This document shows, in pieces, positions 1 to 9,815 of a stretch of DNA of 64,000 nucleotides; positions within the stretch are counted from its first letter, which is position 1; the number at the start of each line of letters is the position of its first letter. The stretch is from assembly GCA_950072105.1 (NCBI GenBank), contig CATMOE010000006.1:24755-88754 (forward strand), read 5' to 3'. Under the pieces are notes generated by a model. It was given only the letters and a program-made list of their open reading frames with translations, was not told the DNA's origin and ran no database searches. The translations under genes were made by a program, and so were the position numbers. This DNA comes from an uncultured Dehalococcoidia bacterium (GTDB lineage: Bacteria > Chloroflexota > Dehalococcoidia > Lucifugimonadales > UBA3495).

Positions 1-231
1 ATCGGATGCTGGAGGTGTCCTGGTCACGAAGGCAAAGGACCGGTCTTCAAAAACTGAGATGTGCACCGGTACAATGGTGCCGCTCTGGTTGGCGGTACGG
101 GCATTGTACTCTTTGACGAACCCCATGATATTAACACCATGCTGGCCCAGCGCCGGTCCCACCGGAGGGGCCGGAGTCGCCTTACCCGCTTCTAACTGTA
201 GCTTAATTATCGCTCTGAGCTTCTTTGCCAA
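1..231 (-). CDS. rplK: 50S ribosomal protein L11 (5' part; runs off window edge)
   Basis: Manual translation from TTG at 231 with [53 protein letters not shown]...[15 protein letters not shown]; follows nusG. Confidence 0.97.
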   Translation of the reverse strand, partial: MAKKLRAIIKLQLEAGKATPAPPVGPALGQHGVNIMGFVKEYNARTANQSGTIVPVHISVFEDRSFAFVTRTPPASD

Positions 232-239
232 TGCCGCTC

Positions 240-818
240 CTAAATCCTTTCTACTTGTAAGAAGTCCAGCTCCACCGGTGTTTCCCTTCCGAAGAAGGAA
301 ACCAGCACCCGGACTTTGCCCTTGGCTTCATCTACGTCATTGATCGATCCGATGAAGTCAACGAAGGGTCCTTCGGTGATCCGCACCGTCTCACCCCGGG
401 CCAGGCCGATCTTGACCCGGACCGGACCGGATTCCACCTGCTTGAGAATATCCTCGATCTGCTTGTCTTCCAGGGGAACCGGCTTGGGGCGCTTATCGTA
501 TTCGTCTTCGGTGGAAACAAAGCCGGTTACACCCGGCGTGTTCCGGACGGCGTACCAACTTTCGTCGTCCATGTTCATCTGCACCAAGATGTAGCCCGGA
601 AACAGTTTTTTCTTCTCAGAGCGGCGTTGACCGTCCTTGAAGATTACCTCGTCCTCGGTTGGAACCAGCACTTCAAAGATGCGGTCTTGCATGTCCAGAC
701 TCTGGATCCGAAGGTCCAGGTTTTTCTTGACCAAGTCTTCCTGCCCCGAATAGGTATGAACGATATACCAACGGGGAGATTGGTCGTCTTCTACTTCGAT
801 GTCGCTTGGTGATGTCAT
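240..818 (-). CDS. nusG: Transcription termination/antitermination factor NusG
   Basis: [33 protein letters not shown]-terminus [14 protein letters not shown]; secE-nusG-rplK synteny. Confidence 0.98.
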   Translation of the reverse strand: MTSPSDIEVEDDQSPRWYIVHTYSGQEDLVKKNLDLRIQSLDMQDRIFEVLVPTEDEVIFKDGQRRSEKKKLFPGYILVQMNMDDESWYAVRNTPGVTGFVSTEDEYDKRPKPVPLEDKQIEDILKQVESGPVRVKIGLARGETVRITEGPFVDFIGSINDVDEAKGKVRVLVSFFGRETPVELDFLQVERI

Positions 819-891
819 GGTTCTCTACCCCAAAATGCAGGTAGCTTTTCTAGGCGTCGCGGTTATAGCCGGCGCCGCGGTGGCAAACGTA

Positions 892-1128
892 CTAAAGAAC
901 AAACCTACTGAACGTTTGCTCGAATATCTGGTCTAGGCCTCCCAAGAAGAAGGCGGCGACTATCGAAAGAACGATAACCACCACCGTAAGGCGAGCCGTT
1001 TCTTCCCGGCTGGGCCATGTCGATTTTCTCAACTCGGAGACAGTCTCCTGTAGAAACTCTACAGGATTTACCCGATTCGCGATCCTAGATGTAGCCGACC
1101 TGGGATTCCGAGCTGTAACCCTGGCCAT
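892..1128 (-). CDS. secE: Preprotein translocase subunit SecE
   Basis: FLQETVSELRKSTWPSREE motif plus one TM helix; synteny. Confidence 0.95.
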   Translation of the reverse strand: MARVTARNPRSATSRIANRVNPVEFLQETVSELRKSTWPSREETARLTVVVIVLSIVAAFFLGGLDQIFEQTFSRFVL

Positions 1129-1132
1129 GGTT

Positions 1133-1303
1133 TTACCTTACCTCGCGGTGACCTTTGTGGCCCCGGCAACGCGGGCAGTACTTCTTAAGCTCCAAACGCT
1201 GGGGGTCATTACGCCGGTTTTTTACCGTCGTGTAGTTGCGCTCCCGGCAGTCGCCGCATTGGAGAGTGATTATCTGTCTAACGTCAGCAGCTTTTCTAGC
1301 CAT
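1133..1303 (-). CDS. rpmG: 50S ribosomal protein L33, zinc-ribbon (C+) type; absent from ORF track
   Basis: Manual translation [56 protein letters not shown]; two CxxC pairs; between tuf and secE. Confidence 0.96.
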   Translation of the reverse strand: MARKAADVRQIITLQCGDCRERNYTTVKNRRNDPQRLELKKYCPRCRGHKGHREVR

Positions 1304-1306
1304 AAT

Positions 1307-2491
1307 TTAATCCAACACCTGCGTGATTACTCCGGATCCTACGGTGCGGCCTCCCTCCCGGATGGCGAACCGCATCTGTGCCTCGATAGGAACGGGGGTG
1401 ATCAACGATATAATCATCTTCACGTTGTCGCCCGGCATGACCATCTCAACCCCTTCAGGCAACTCCACCGAACCGGTGATGTCGCTGGTTCGGATGTAGA
1501 ACTGGGGCTTGTACCCCGTGAAGAATGGAGTGTGCCGGCCTCCCTCTTCACGGCTAAGGATATAAACCTCCGCCTCTGCCCGTGCGTAGGGCCGCATGGA
1601 TCCGGGCTTGACCAGCACTTGTCCGCGCTCTACCTCGTCCCGGTCCACGCCACGGAGCAGGATGCCTACCGCGTCTCCAGCCTCCGTCGTGTCTAGCAGC
1701 TTGTGGAACATTTCCAATCCGGTGGCCACGGTTTCCCGAACATCACCGAAGCGGATGATCTCAACCGGTTCTCCCTGTTTGAGCTGTCCGCGCTCCACCC
1801 GGCCGGTCACCACGGTGCCTCGGCCTTTGATCCCGAACACGTCTTCGATGGGCATAAGGAACGGGCGATCGGTGATCCGCTGGGGCATCGGGATGTAGTC
1901 GTCCATGGCCTGCACCAGTTTGAGGATCCCTTCTTCGGCTTCCTCGTCGCCCTCCAGGGCCTTCAAACCGCTTACCCGAATGATTGGAGTATCATCGCCG
2001 GGAAAGCCGTACATGTCGAGCAATTCCCGCACTTCCAGCTCCACCAACTCCAGTAGCTCCTCATCCTCCATCATGTCAACTTTGTTGAGGGCCACCAGAA
2101 TGCGGGGCACCTCCACCTGGCGGGCCAGAAGGATATGCTCCCTGGTTTGAGGCATGGGGCCATCGGGGGCGCTAACCACTAGAACCGCGCCGTCCATTTG
2201 AGCCGCGCCGGTAATCATGTTCTTGATATAGTCGGCATGGCCGGGGCAGTCCACATGGGCATAGTGTCTGTTTTCTGACTCGTATTCGACGTGGGCAATG
2301 GCGATGGTCACACCCCTAGCTTTTTCTTCCGGAGCGTTGTCAATGCTGTCCATGTCCTTAAAGGAGGCCAGCCCCTGCTTCGACAGGACTTTGGTTATCG
2401 CCGAAGTGAGAGTGGTCTTGCCGTGGTCGACATGGCCGATGGTTCCCACATTGACATGGGGCTTGGTCCGATCGAATTTCTGCTTCGCCAT
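1307..2491 (-). CDS. tuf: Elongation factor Tu
   Basis: [28 protein letters not shown]. Confidence 0.99.
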   Translation of the reverse strand: MAKQKFDRTKPHVNVGTIGHVDHGKTTLTSAITKVLSKQGLASFKDMDSIDNAPEEKARGVTIAIAHVEYESENRHYAHVDCPGHADYIKNMITGAAQMDGAVLVVSAPDGPMPQTREHILLARQVEVPRILVALNKVDMMEDEELLELVELEVRELLDMYGFPGDDTPIIRVSGLKALEGDEEAEEGILKLVQAMDDYIPMPQRITDRPFLMPIEDVFGIKGRGTVVTGRVERGQLKQGEPVEIIRFGDVRETVATGLEMFHKLLDTTEAGDAVGILLRGVDRDEVERGQVLVKPGSMRPYARAEAEVYILSREEGGRHTPFFTGYKPQFYIRTSDITGSVELPEGVEMVMPGDNVKMIISLITPVPIEAQMRFAIREGGRTVGSGVITQVLD

Positions 2492-2521
2492 TTAGGTTTC
2501 TTCTCCTTTTGATGCTGGTAC

Positions 2522-2596
2522 TGGAGCCCAGAGGCGGGATTGAACCGCCGACCCCGTTCTTACCAAGAACGTGCTCTACCGCTGAGCTATCTGGGC
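2522..2596 (-). tRNA. tRNA-Thr(GGT), CCA encoded
   Basis: Reverse complement GCCCAGATAGCTCAGCGGTAGAGCACGTTCTTGGTAAGAACGGGGTCGGCGGTTCAATCCCGCCTCTGGGCTCCA folds as a cloverleaf. Confidence 0.96.
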
Positions 2597-2657
2597 AAGT
2601 GGCTTCGGTACCTTACTTTGATATCCTAGTTCATCCCACTTATTCTACAACATATTG

Positions 2658-2745
2658 TGGTGGAGGGGGTAGGATTCGAACCTACGAAGCCCTTCCGGAC
2701 GCCAGGTTTACAGCCTGGTGGCTTTAACCACTCACCCACCCCTCC
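2658..2745 (-). tRNA. tRNA-Tyr(GTA), long variable arm, CCA encoded
   Basis: Reverse complement GGAGGGGTGGGTGAGTGGTTAAAGCCACCAGGCTGTAAACCTGGCG...GTAGGTTCGAATCCTACCCCCTCCACCA. Confidence 0.96.
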
Positions 2746-2829
2746 ATAATGCAGATCGATTTTATCCCAACTCCCGCGCTACCAGCCGGATGTACCACGC
2801 AGGTTCTTTAGGATAGAGCCGCTGGAGAG

Positions 2830-2901
2830 AGCCCCAGAGGGGAGTCGAACCCCTAACCTGTCGATTACAAATCGACTGCGCTACCGTTGCGCCACCGGGG
2901 C
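2830..2901 (-). tRNA. tRNA-Thr(TGT), CCA not encoded
   Basis: Reverse complement GCCCCGGTGGCGCAACGGTAGCGCAGTCGATTTGTAATCGACAGGTTAGGGGTTCGACTCCCCTCTGGGGCT. Confidence 0.95.
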
Positions 2902-2986
2902 AATTAAGAGCACCGGTTGGGTCCTACCAGAAAATGGCCCCGTGGGTGTGGGGCCATCTCACTGCAGCTAATTCGTAGAGACCCTA

Positions 2987-3015
2987 ATTATATAGAATCC
3001 ATCTATGGAAGTCAA
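2987..3015 (-). promoter_or_regulatory. Sigma70-type promoter of the tRNA-tuf operon
   Basis: TTGACT-N17-TATAAT on the minus strand upstream of tRNA-Thr(TGT). Confidence 0.8.
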
Positions 3016-3399
3016 TTGAAACCAGTCGTTTATCGAGACCAAAATCGGCCACTTCCGCCTTAGGAAAGTCCAACTTTTTCTCTTTGAAACTAGGTCTACG
3101 TTCATCGCCTTCGAACTCGCCTGATAAGGCAACTTCCATGCTGGATCTTAGACGCTCGTCATTCCAGATCGGCTTTCGCCCTACCGGGACCTTTCTTGAA
3201 AAGGTATTCGTCTCATCTTCCCTATATCATGGAATGTTTCCGGTACTCTCATGCTATTTGCTTGACACTTGCACGTCAAATTGATAACAATTGCATTGTT
3301 GTGGCCGATCGGTCTACTGACTGGCCGGAGCAGCCCACCCTTAGCCATCAGATGGCATTAGGTCTGGGTTCTGTCCTATATCAGCAACGGAGGCAAGCA

Positions 3400-4434
3400 A
3401 TGGGAGAAATTCTGGGCATCGGACTTACTCACTACCCCGGCCTCATGGCCCCGGACGAAGACCGCGCATTTCCATTGACCCGAATGCTGCGGAACCCTAA
3501 CGTTTCCGCTGAACTGAAAAACCCCAGCAACTGGCCGGAACCGATGCGCATCGAATTCGGCGAAGACGAAGGTGTTTCCTCGGCCAAGGACCACCGTGCC
3601 AGGTTGGTGAAGGGGTTCCGGAAGCAACGGGAAGAGCTGGACGCGTTCAATCCCGACTTCGTGTTGATCTGGGGGGACGACCAGTACGAAAACTTCAAGG
3701 AAGACATCATCCCGCCCTTCTGCATCATGGCTTACGACAACTTCGATTGCACGCCCTTCGCGCACCGAAAGAACAACGCCTGGGGGGAGCCTAACGACAA
3801 AGTCTTCTCCTATAAGGGCCATCCAGGGGCCAAGCAATTGGTCACAAAGCTCATCGAGCAAGGGATCGACATGGCCTATTCCTACAAGCCTCTCCACGAG
3901 GAAGGCGGCCTGGGCCATGCTTTCATCAACACGCTCCTGTACCTGGACTATGACCGTAAAGGGTTTCCCTACGCGGTGATTCCATTCTCGGTGAATTGTT
4001 ACGGAAGCAAGGTGATCCGTAACCAAGGCGGTGCGATTGAATTCGGAACGGCGGACGATCCGCCCGGCCCTACCGCCAAGAGGTGCATGGAAGTAGGCGC
4101 GGCCGTGGTGCGGGCGATACAGGACAGCCCCTGGCGCGTCGCCTTGATCGCCTCGTCAAGCTGGTCCCACGCTTTCCTCACCGACAAGCACGACAAGCTT
4201 TGGCCTGACCAAGAGTCGGACCGGGCCCGCTTCGAAGAGCTGAAAGCCGGTGATTACGATGCGTGGCGGAACCTCTCCACTCCTCAGATCGAGGCCGCCG
4301 GACAGCAGGAGATGCTGAACTGGATGTGTCTGGCCGGGGCGATGGAGGAACTGGACCGCAAAGCGGAGATCTTAGACTACATCGAAACCTACGTCTTCAA
4401 TTCGGAAAAGTGCTTGGCATTGTTCAAACCGTAG
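3400..4434 (+). CDS. LigB/MhpB-like class III extradiol ring-cleavage dioxygenase
   Basis: ATG 3400 with GGAGG RBS; THYP, GDDQYENF, GHAF, SSSWSH and GQQEMLNW match the LigB fold. Confidence 0.8.
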   Translation: MGEILGIGLTHYPGLMAPDEDRAFPLTRMLRNPNVSAELKNPSNWPEPMRIEFGEDEGVSSAKDHRARLVKGFRKQREELDAFNPDFVLIWGDDQYENFKEDIIPPFCIMAYDNFDCTPFAHRKNNAWGEPNDKVFSYKGHPGAKQLVTKLIEQGIDMAYSYKPLHEEGGLGHAFINTLLYLDYDRKGFPYAVIPFSVNCYGSKVIRNQGGAIEFGTADDPPGPTAKRCMEVGAAVVRAIQDSPWRVALIASSSWSHAFLTDKHDKLWPDQESDRARFEELKAGDYDAWRNLSTPQIEAAGQQEMLNWMCLAGAMEELDRKAEILDYIETYVFNSEKCLALFKP

Positions 4435-4475
4435 TTTCCCGTTGGGCGGCTAGATCGGTCCGCCCGTTTGACACC

Positions 4476-4519
4476 AAAGACCCCCGGCGTCACAAGAGAC
4501 GCCGGGGGTCTTTCTTTTT
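4476..4519. terminator. Intrinsic terminator between convergent genes
   Basis: AAAGACCCCCGGCGTC-ACAAGA-GACGCCGGGGGTCTTT followed by CTTTTT. Confidence 0.85.
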
Positions 4520-4549
4520 AACGGAAATTGCCCTGAGAAATCCCGGTGG

Positions 4550-5374
4550 TTACTCCGCCGCGCCGGGGTCCCACAGCCAGTAGCGGGAGATGGCCCCGGC
4601 GTCGACTCTCAAGTCGAACCCGGTAATCATTTCCGCTTCGTCGGATGCCAGGAAGGCGGCGGCTTTGCCGTAATGTCTGGGGCTGGGCCGTTGCTGCAGC
4701 GGCAGACCCGCGTCGGCGTTGGGCAGCATCCCCCGCCGTCTTTCGCCCAGACGGGGGCCGGGCCACTGCACACCCCACCGGGCCGCCCGCTCCGCGCCCT
4801 CCGCCGGGTCGGTGGCAGTCGGGGTCAAACTGTTGACCCGTATTCCGAACTCGGCCAGCTCCATCGCCACCGACCGGGTGAAGTTCAGCAACCCGCCCTT
4901 GCCGGTGCCGTAGCCAACGTTCCCCGGCTCCCCTTGATGTCCCGCCGAGGAGATTATGTTAATCATATTGCCTTGCCGCCCCTGGTCTATCATCGATTGG
5001 GCCACGTGCTTGGTGAAGAGAAACGCCCCGGTGAGGATAACGTCCAACTGGCTTCTCCACTCGTCTAATGGCATCTGTAGGACACCCTTACGGTTGAAAA
5101 TGACCGGGCCGTTGACCAGGATATCTACCCCACCGAAAGCATCCACGGCGCGGCTCACGGTGGCTTTCACCTGGTCTTCATCGGTGACGTCGCAAACCAC
5201 CCCGATGGCCTCCCCCCCTCGCTCAACGATCGAACTTGCGCACCCATTGGCGTAGGAGGGGTTCAGGTCCACGCAGACGATCTTGGCCCCCTCGTCAGCC
5301 AGACCCTCGGCGACGCCGCCGCAGATGTTGGGGCTGGTCCCGGTGACCAAAGCGACCTTCCCTTCGAGTTTCAT
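4550..5374 (-). CDS. SDR family oxidoreductase
   Basis: Start MKLEGKVALVTG with AGGAGG RBS; DILVN; catalytic YGTGK; DAG C-terminus. Confidence 0.88.
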   Translation of the reverse strand: MKLEGKVALVTGTSPNICGGVAEGLADEGAKIVCVDLNPSYANGCASSIVERGGEAIGVVCDVTDEDQVKATVSRAVDAFGGVDILVNGPVIFNRKGVLQMPLDEWRSQLDVILTGAFLFTKHVAQSMIDQGRQGNMINIISSAGHQGEPGNVGYGTGKGGLLNFTRSVAMELAEFGIRVNSLTPTATDPAEGAERAARWGVQWPGPRLGERRRGMLPNADAGLPLQQRPSPRHYGKAAAFLASDEAEMITGFDLRVDAGAISRYWLWDPGAAE

Positions 5375-5541
5375 CGGAGATCCTCCTATATTGTCCAGGC
5401 AAAAATGCCCGGCTCGAGGCGGCAAAGTTGGTTGTTGGGGGCGATTGTAGTGGGGCCTACAAGATGGGTCAACCAGCTTTCCGAAGACTGGCTTTCTTCG
5501 GCCCAAACATTGTTCGTCGTCGAGGCCGTGGCAATCATTTC

Positions 5542-5570
5542 TTGACAGCCCATATCTCTAAAGCTAGACT
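5542..5570 (+). promoter_or_regulatory. Promoter of the Rieske alpha-1 / extradiol dioxygenase unit
   Basis: TTGACA-N17-TAGACT. Confidence 0.6.
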
Positions 5571-5647
5571 CCCACTCAACAGGGAATCGGCCTGCCACAA
5601 CCGACGCTATGCACTGCGGCACATCCTCTCTTCCCGAGGTGAAGTTC

Positions 5648-6955
5648 ATGGCTACGACAGCTAGTTCGGGTGGGGTCAAGCTACTGGTAGACGCGAAAGC
5701 CGGGCGAATCAGCCGGGAGCTTTTCGTCAATGAGGACATCTACCAACAAGAACAAGAGCAAATCTTTGCCCGGTCTTGGCTATTAGTCGGCCACGAGAGC
5801 CAGGTCCCCAAGCCTGGCGACTACTTCGTTTCCTGCATGGGCGAAGAGTCGGTGATTCTTTGCCGGGACCGGGAGAGCCAACTCCACGTATTCTTGAACT
5901 CCTGCATGCACCGGGGCATGAAGGTGTGCCGCTACGACGAAGGCAACACGCCGGTGTTCACCTGTCCCTACCACGGCTGGAGCTACGCCACCGACGGCAA
6001 GCTAGTGGGGGTTCCCTTCTATAAAGACGCTTATCATGAAAAGCTGGACAAGTCTCAGTGGGGGCTGGTAGAAGTTCCCCAAATGTGCAACTACAAAGGG
6101 TCCGTCTGGGCAACCTGGGACAAATCGGCCACGTCTTTTCTGGACTACCTTGGCGAGATGCGGCTCTATCTGGACTTGTTATTGGATGGACGCGACGGTA
6201 GCGAGGGCGGCTCGGAAGTCATCGGCGGAGTCCAGAAGTGGACCATGCCCTGCAACTGGAAATTCCCGGCGGAGAATTTCGCCGGCGACGGCTACCACAA
6301 CATCAGCCATCGGTCCGTCGACATGGTGGGTATAGGCCCCAGTGGCACGTCGCGCCGGGATCTCGGCGAGCTCGCCTCCGCCCGGCGGGTGAACGCCTCT
6401 TTTCCCGATATGGGACACGCCGCGGTATGCGACCTACAGGCTGAAGACGCTACCTACGTGCCCACATATCAAAACGACCCGGCGGTTGAAGAATACTTCA
6501 AACATATTTCCGAGGAGCGAAAGCGGCGGCTTGGCGACAAGGCGCGTCTTTTGGGATTGGTGGGGACCGTGTTCCCGAACATGTCTTATCTGGCTCGTCA
6601 GCCTCGTTCCATCTCCGTATGGCATCCCCGGGGACCCCACACGACCGAAGCGTGGCGCTGGTTCCTGGTTGACCGGGACGTGCCGGAAGAGGTCAAAGAC
6701 ATGCTGCGCCACTACTTCATCCGCTACTCCGGACCGGCGGGCATGACCGAACAAGACGACATGGAAAACTGGAACTACGCCCACTCCGCCAGCCGTGGCC
6801 CCATCGCCCGCCGCCATCCTTATAACTACGAACTCGGCATCGGAGCCAGCAGCCCGGACGTTCCTCTGCCGGGAATGCTGACCGAACGGATCAACGAGGA
6901 AAATGCCCGGGGCTTTTACAGCGGTTGGTCGCGGGCGATGGAAGCGGAAAATTAA
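5648..6955 (+). CDS. Aromatic ring-hydroxylating dioxygenase alpha subunit, copy 1 (C-terminus possibly clipped by a nonsense codon)
   Basis: Rieske CMHRG...CPYHGW; catalytic domain NWKFPAENF, DGYHNISH, EQDDMENW. Confidence 0.92.
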   Translation: MATTASSGGVKLLVDAKAGRISRELFVNEDIYQQEQEQIFARSWLLVGHESQVPKPGDYFVSCMGEESVILCRDRESQLHVFLNSCMHRGMKVCRYDEGNTPVFTCPYHGWSYATDGKLVGVPFYKDAYHEKLDKSQWGLVEVPQMCNYKGSVWATWDKSATSFLDYLGEMRLYLDLLLDGRDGSEGGSEVIGGVQKWTMPCNWKFPAENFAGDGYHNISHRSVDMVGIGPSGTSRRDLGELASARRVNASFPDMGHAAVCDLQAEDATYVPTYQNDPAVEEYFKHISEERKRRLGDKARLLGLVGTVFPNMSYLARQPRSISVWHPRGPHTTEAWRWFLVDRDVPEEVKDMLRHYFIRYSGPAGMTEQDDMENWNYAHSASRGPIARRHPYNYELGIGASSPDVPLPGMLTERINEENARGFYSGWSRAMEAEN

Positions 6956-7026
6956 GATGAAATAATCTCCGATAGGCACGGAGACGGCCTGACATTCGTA
7001 ACAAGCCCAAGGTCAAGGAGGACATC

Positions 7027-7917
7027 ATGACAGGAGTTACTCAGCTGGGATATCTGGGCATCGGAGTTCGCGATGTTGATGAGTGGGAGCGCTTCGCCAC
7101 CGGTGTCCTGGGGCTACAAGCTAACGGCCGGGGCAGCGACGGGTCCCTTTTCCTCAGGATGGACGAGTACCACCATCGATTCGTGATACAGCCCAACGGC
7201 AACGACGACGTGGCTTACATAGGCTGGCAAGCAACCAACGAAGGTTCGATGCAAGAGATCGCCGAGCGGCTGAAAGCCGCTGGTGTGGAAGTGCACCAGG
7301 GAACGTCTTCGGAAGCGGAGGACCGCCGGGTGGAGGGACTTATCACCTTTCCCGACCCCAACGGGATTCCCACCGAAGTGTACTTCGGGCCTCCAATATC
7401 CTTCGATGACCCGTTCAACTCGCCTCGGCCCATCTCCAATTTCGTAACGGGCGATCAGGGTCTGGGCCACGCTGTACTGTACGTGGACGACGCGGACCAA
7501 AGCGTACGCTTCTACCGGGACTTGCTGGGTTTGCGAGTCAGCGACTACATCCGAAGCATGACCTTCTTTCACTGTAACCCGCGCCACCACTCTCTGGCCT
7601 TGATGGAAAGCAAATCGGCCAAGCGCCTTAACCACTTTATGCTGCAAGTGGAATCGATCAACGACGTTGGGGCCACCCACGATCTATGCCAAGACCAAGG
7701 CGTCCCTATCGTTCGGGGAATGGGGCGGCACACCAACGATCACATGGTGTCTTTCTACTTACGGACGCCTTCTGGATTCGACGTTGAGTACGGCTGGGGC
7801 GCCCGGGAAGTAGACGACACCACCTGGCAAGTGGTGCGGCACGAGAAGGGAAGCATCTGGGGCCACCGCCCCCCGGCGCCGCGTCCAACCCAGGAGCCAA
7901 CAGCCGCCCGAAGCTAG
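7027..7917 (+). CDS. Type I (VOC) extradiol dioxygenase, BphC/HsaC-like
   Basis: QLGYLG, LRMDEYHHR, QGLGH, HCNPRHHS, NHFML, GRHTNDHMVSFY..TPSGFDVEYG. Confidence 0.92.
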   Translation: MTGVTQLGYLGIGVRDVDEWERFATGVLGLQANGRGSDGSLFLRMDEYHHRFVIQPNGNDDVAYIGWQATNEGSMQEIAERLKAAGVEVHQGTSSEAEDRRVEGLITFPDPNGIPTEVYFGPPISFDDPFNSPRPISNFVTGDQGLGHAVLYVDDADQSVRFYRDLLGLRVSDYIRSMTFFHCNPRHHSLALMESKSAKRLNHFMLQVESINDVGATHDLCQDQGVPIVRGMGRHTNDHMVSFYLRTPSGFDVEYGWGAREVDDTTWQVVRHEKGSIWGHRPPAPRPTQEPTAARS

Positions 7918-7984
7918 ATTAAACTGAGATTAGTCCGGCAGATGCTGGCGCGCCGGTCACCAGTAGCGCGGAGGAATAAAGGCG

Positions 7985-8905
7985 ATGAAACTAGGATTTA
8001 TCGGCACCGGCACCATGGGTAACCCAATGGTCTGCTGCCTCATCGACGCGGGTCATCAGTTGACCGTCCATGACGTCCGGCGGGAAGCCACCACCAACCT
8101 CTGCGAGATGGGGGCCACCTGGGCTGAAAACGCCCGGGAGGTCGCCGCGGCCAGCGAAGCGGTTTTTACCTCGCTGCCCGGCCCTACCGAGATGGAATTC
8201 ACCGTCTTGGACCCGGACAACGGTATCCTGGCCGGATTGCCCACCGGCGGCGCGTACATCGACATGACCACCAACTCGCCAACGGTTTTTCGCCGCGTTG
8301 CCGAGGCTTGTTTGAGCCGGGGCATAGAGGTGCTGGACGCTCCGGTAAGCGGACGCCCGCCCAGGATGACCGTCATGGCCGGGGGCGACGCCGCGACCTT
8401 CGCCAAGTATCGTCCGATCTTTGAAAGCATGGCCGGGAACATCTTCCACATGGGCGGCATCGGCGCCGGGTGCGCCACCAAACTGGTTACCCAATACCTG
8501 GGCTACTCCAACTTCATCACCGCATTGGAAGGGCTGCTGATCGGAGTCAAGGCCGGGGTCGATGTGGGGCTTCTGGCCCAGGTCGTTCCGGTCAGCGCCG
8601 GAGCCAGCCGGGTTTTCGACAATATACCTCGTGCGGTCTTAAGCGGCGAGTTTACTTCGGGTGGTTCCCTGGACATCGTGGCCAAAGACCTGAGGCTGGC
8701 CTGCGAGTTGGCCCGGGAGGTGCAGGCTCCGGCGAGGATAGGAATCATCGCCGACGACGCGTTCCACCGGGCCCAGGTCCTTGGGTGGGGCCAAGACGGA
8801 TATCCTAAGGTAGCCAAAATCTTGGAAGAGATGGCCGGGGCGGTATTGCGCGGCGAAGCGGCCGACGCGCCGGATTTCCAGCAAGTTGACCCCAGGCGAG
8901 ACTAG
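7985..8905 (+). CDS. NAD(P)-dependent beta-hydroxyacid (3-hydroxyisobutyrate/6-PGDH-like) dehydrogenase
   Basis: GFIGTGTMG, DAPVSG, catalytic Lys in TKLV, KDL. Confidence 0.85.
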   Translation: MKLGFIGTGTMGNPMVCCLIDAGHQLTVHDVRREATTNLCEMGATWAENAREVAAASEAVFTSLPGPTEMEFTVLDPDNGILAGLPTGGAYIDMTTNSPTVFRRVAEACLSRGIEVLDAPVSGRPPRMTVMAGGDAATFAKYRPIFESMAGNIFHMGGIGAGCATKLVTQYLGYSNFITALEGLLIGVKAGVDVGLLAQVVPVSAGASRVFDNIPRAVLSGEFTSGGSLDIVAKDLRLACELAREVQAPARIGIIADDAFHRAQVLGWGQDGYPKVAKILEEMAGAVLRGEAADAPDFQQVDPRRD

Positions 8906-8940
8906 AACCTAGGGGGCGAATAAAATCCTGGGCACTGCTA

Positions 8941-9023
8941 CACCCCCACTCTAACTTTCCCCCAAAACGGGGGAGAGGACAGATCCCATCGCCCTTTGTG
9001 GGGGAAGGTTAGGATGGGGGGTG
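8941..9023. repeat. Palindromic repeat family A, inverted doublet
   Basis: CACCCCCACTCTAACTTTCCCCCAAAACGGGGGAGAGG followed by inverted ...GGGGGAAGGTTAGGATGGGGGGTG. Confidence 0.75.
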
Positions 9024-9193
9024 CCAGATCACCCATCAAGAACATCCGGAAATGAGCAGAGTCTTCGCCGCCAACCCACCGCATATGGCACCACCAAACC
9101 CTCAAGATCAAACACCTGGCCATAGCTGACAATTGACCGCCGTTGTCCCATAATAACCAGCATCGGGAACACGGCCACAGGAGGCCAACAGAT

Positions 9194-9739
9194 ATGGCCG
9201 TTTCGGAAAGCAGGATAGATCACCTGCTCCTCAAAGATGAGATTGAGCAATTCCTCTACCAAGAAGCGGAACTCTTGGACGAGAGGCAATTCGAGGATTG
9301 GCTGGACCTCCTCACCGAAGACATCCGCTACTGGATGCCGATGCGCCGTAACGTCAAGTTTGGCGAACTGGATCGGGAGTTCACCCGCGAGGGCCAGGAT
9401 ATCAACTGGTTCGACGAGGGGAAGGACACGTTGGTCCGCCGAGTGAATCAGATACTCACCGGCGTCCACTGGGCCGAAGAGCCCTTGTCCCGTATCTGCC
9501 ATTCGGTTTCCAACGTGCAGGTCCTGAAAGCCACCCCGTCTGTTTCCCAAGCAACAGAGGTCAATGTGAAATGCCGGTTCATGATCTACCGGAACCGGGT
9601 GCAGACCGAAACGGACTTCCTGGTGGGCAAACGCGAGGAAGTCCTACGCAGCGTTGACGGCCAGTGGAAGATTGCCCAGCGGAAGATCATCCTGGATCAG
9701 AACGTGTTGCTGGCCAAGAACTTGACGTTTTTCTTCTAA
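9194..9739 (+). CDS. Aromatic ring-hydroxylating dioxygenase beta subunit
   Basis: AGGAGG RBS; FLYQEAELLD..W..L..DIRYWMP, WAEEPLSR, VLLAKNLTFFF. Confidence 0.93.
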   Translation: MAVSESRIDHLLLKDEIEQFLYQEAELLDERQFEDWLDLLTEDIRYWMPMRRNVKFGELDREFTREGQDINWFDEGKDTLVRRVNQILTGVHWAEEPLSRICHSVSNVQVLKATPSVSQATEVNVKCRFMIYRNRVQTETDFLVGKREEVLRSVDGQWKIAQRKIILDQNVLLAKNLTFFF

Positions 9740-9815
9740 TACCAACGTTTCAATACCAACCGGGCTCCGGTGCGCCAAGGCCATAAGGCCGAAAAGAAAC
9801 CGGGAGGCTGACAAG

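Noticed and set aside
3128..3195. c-di-GMP-I-like words on the minus strand (GGC-GAAA-GCC, GACG, CTAA, GTTGCC)
   Set aside because: Lacks the GCAAA elements and P2 pairing; no downstream gene in a fitting position
3196..3399. Long N-terminal extension of the LigB-like ORF in the track (likewise for ORFs at 4550, 20657, 22485, 25163, 38274 and 58910)
   Set aside because: Extensions overlap promoters, leaders or repeats; better RBS-start pairs lie downstream at the family N-terminus
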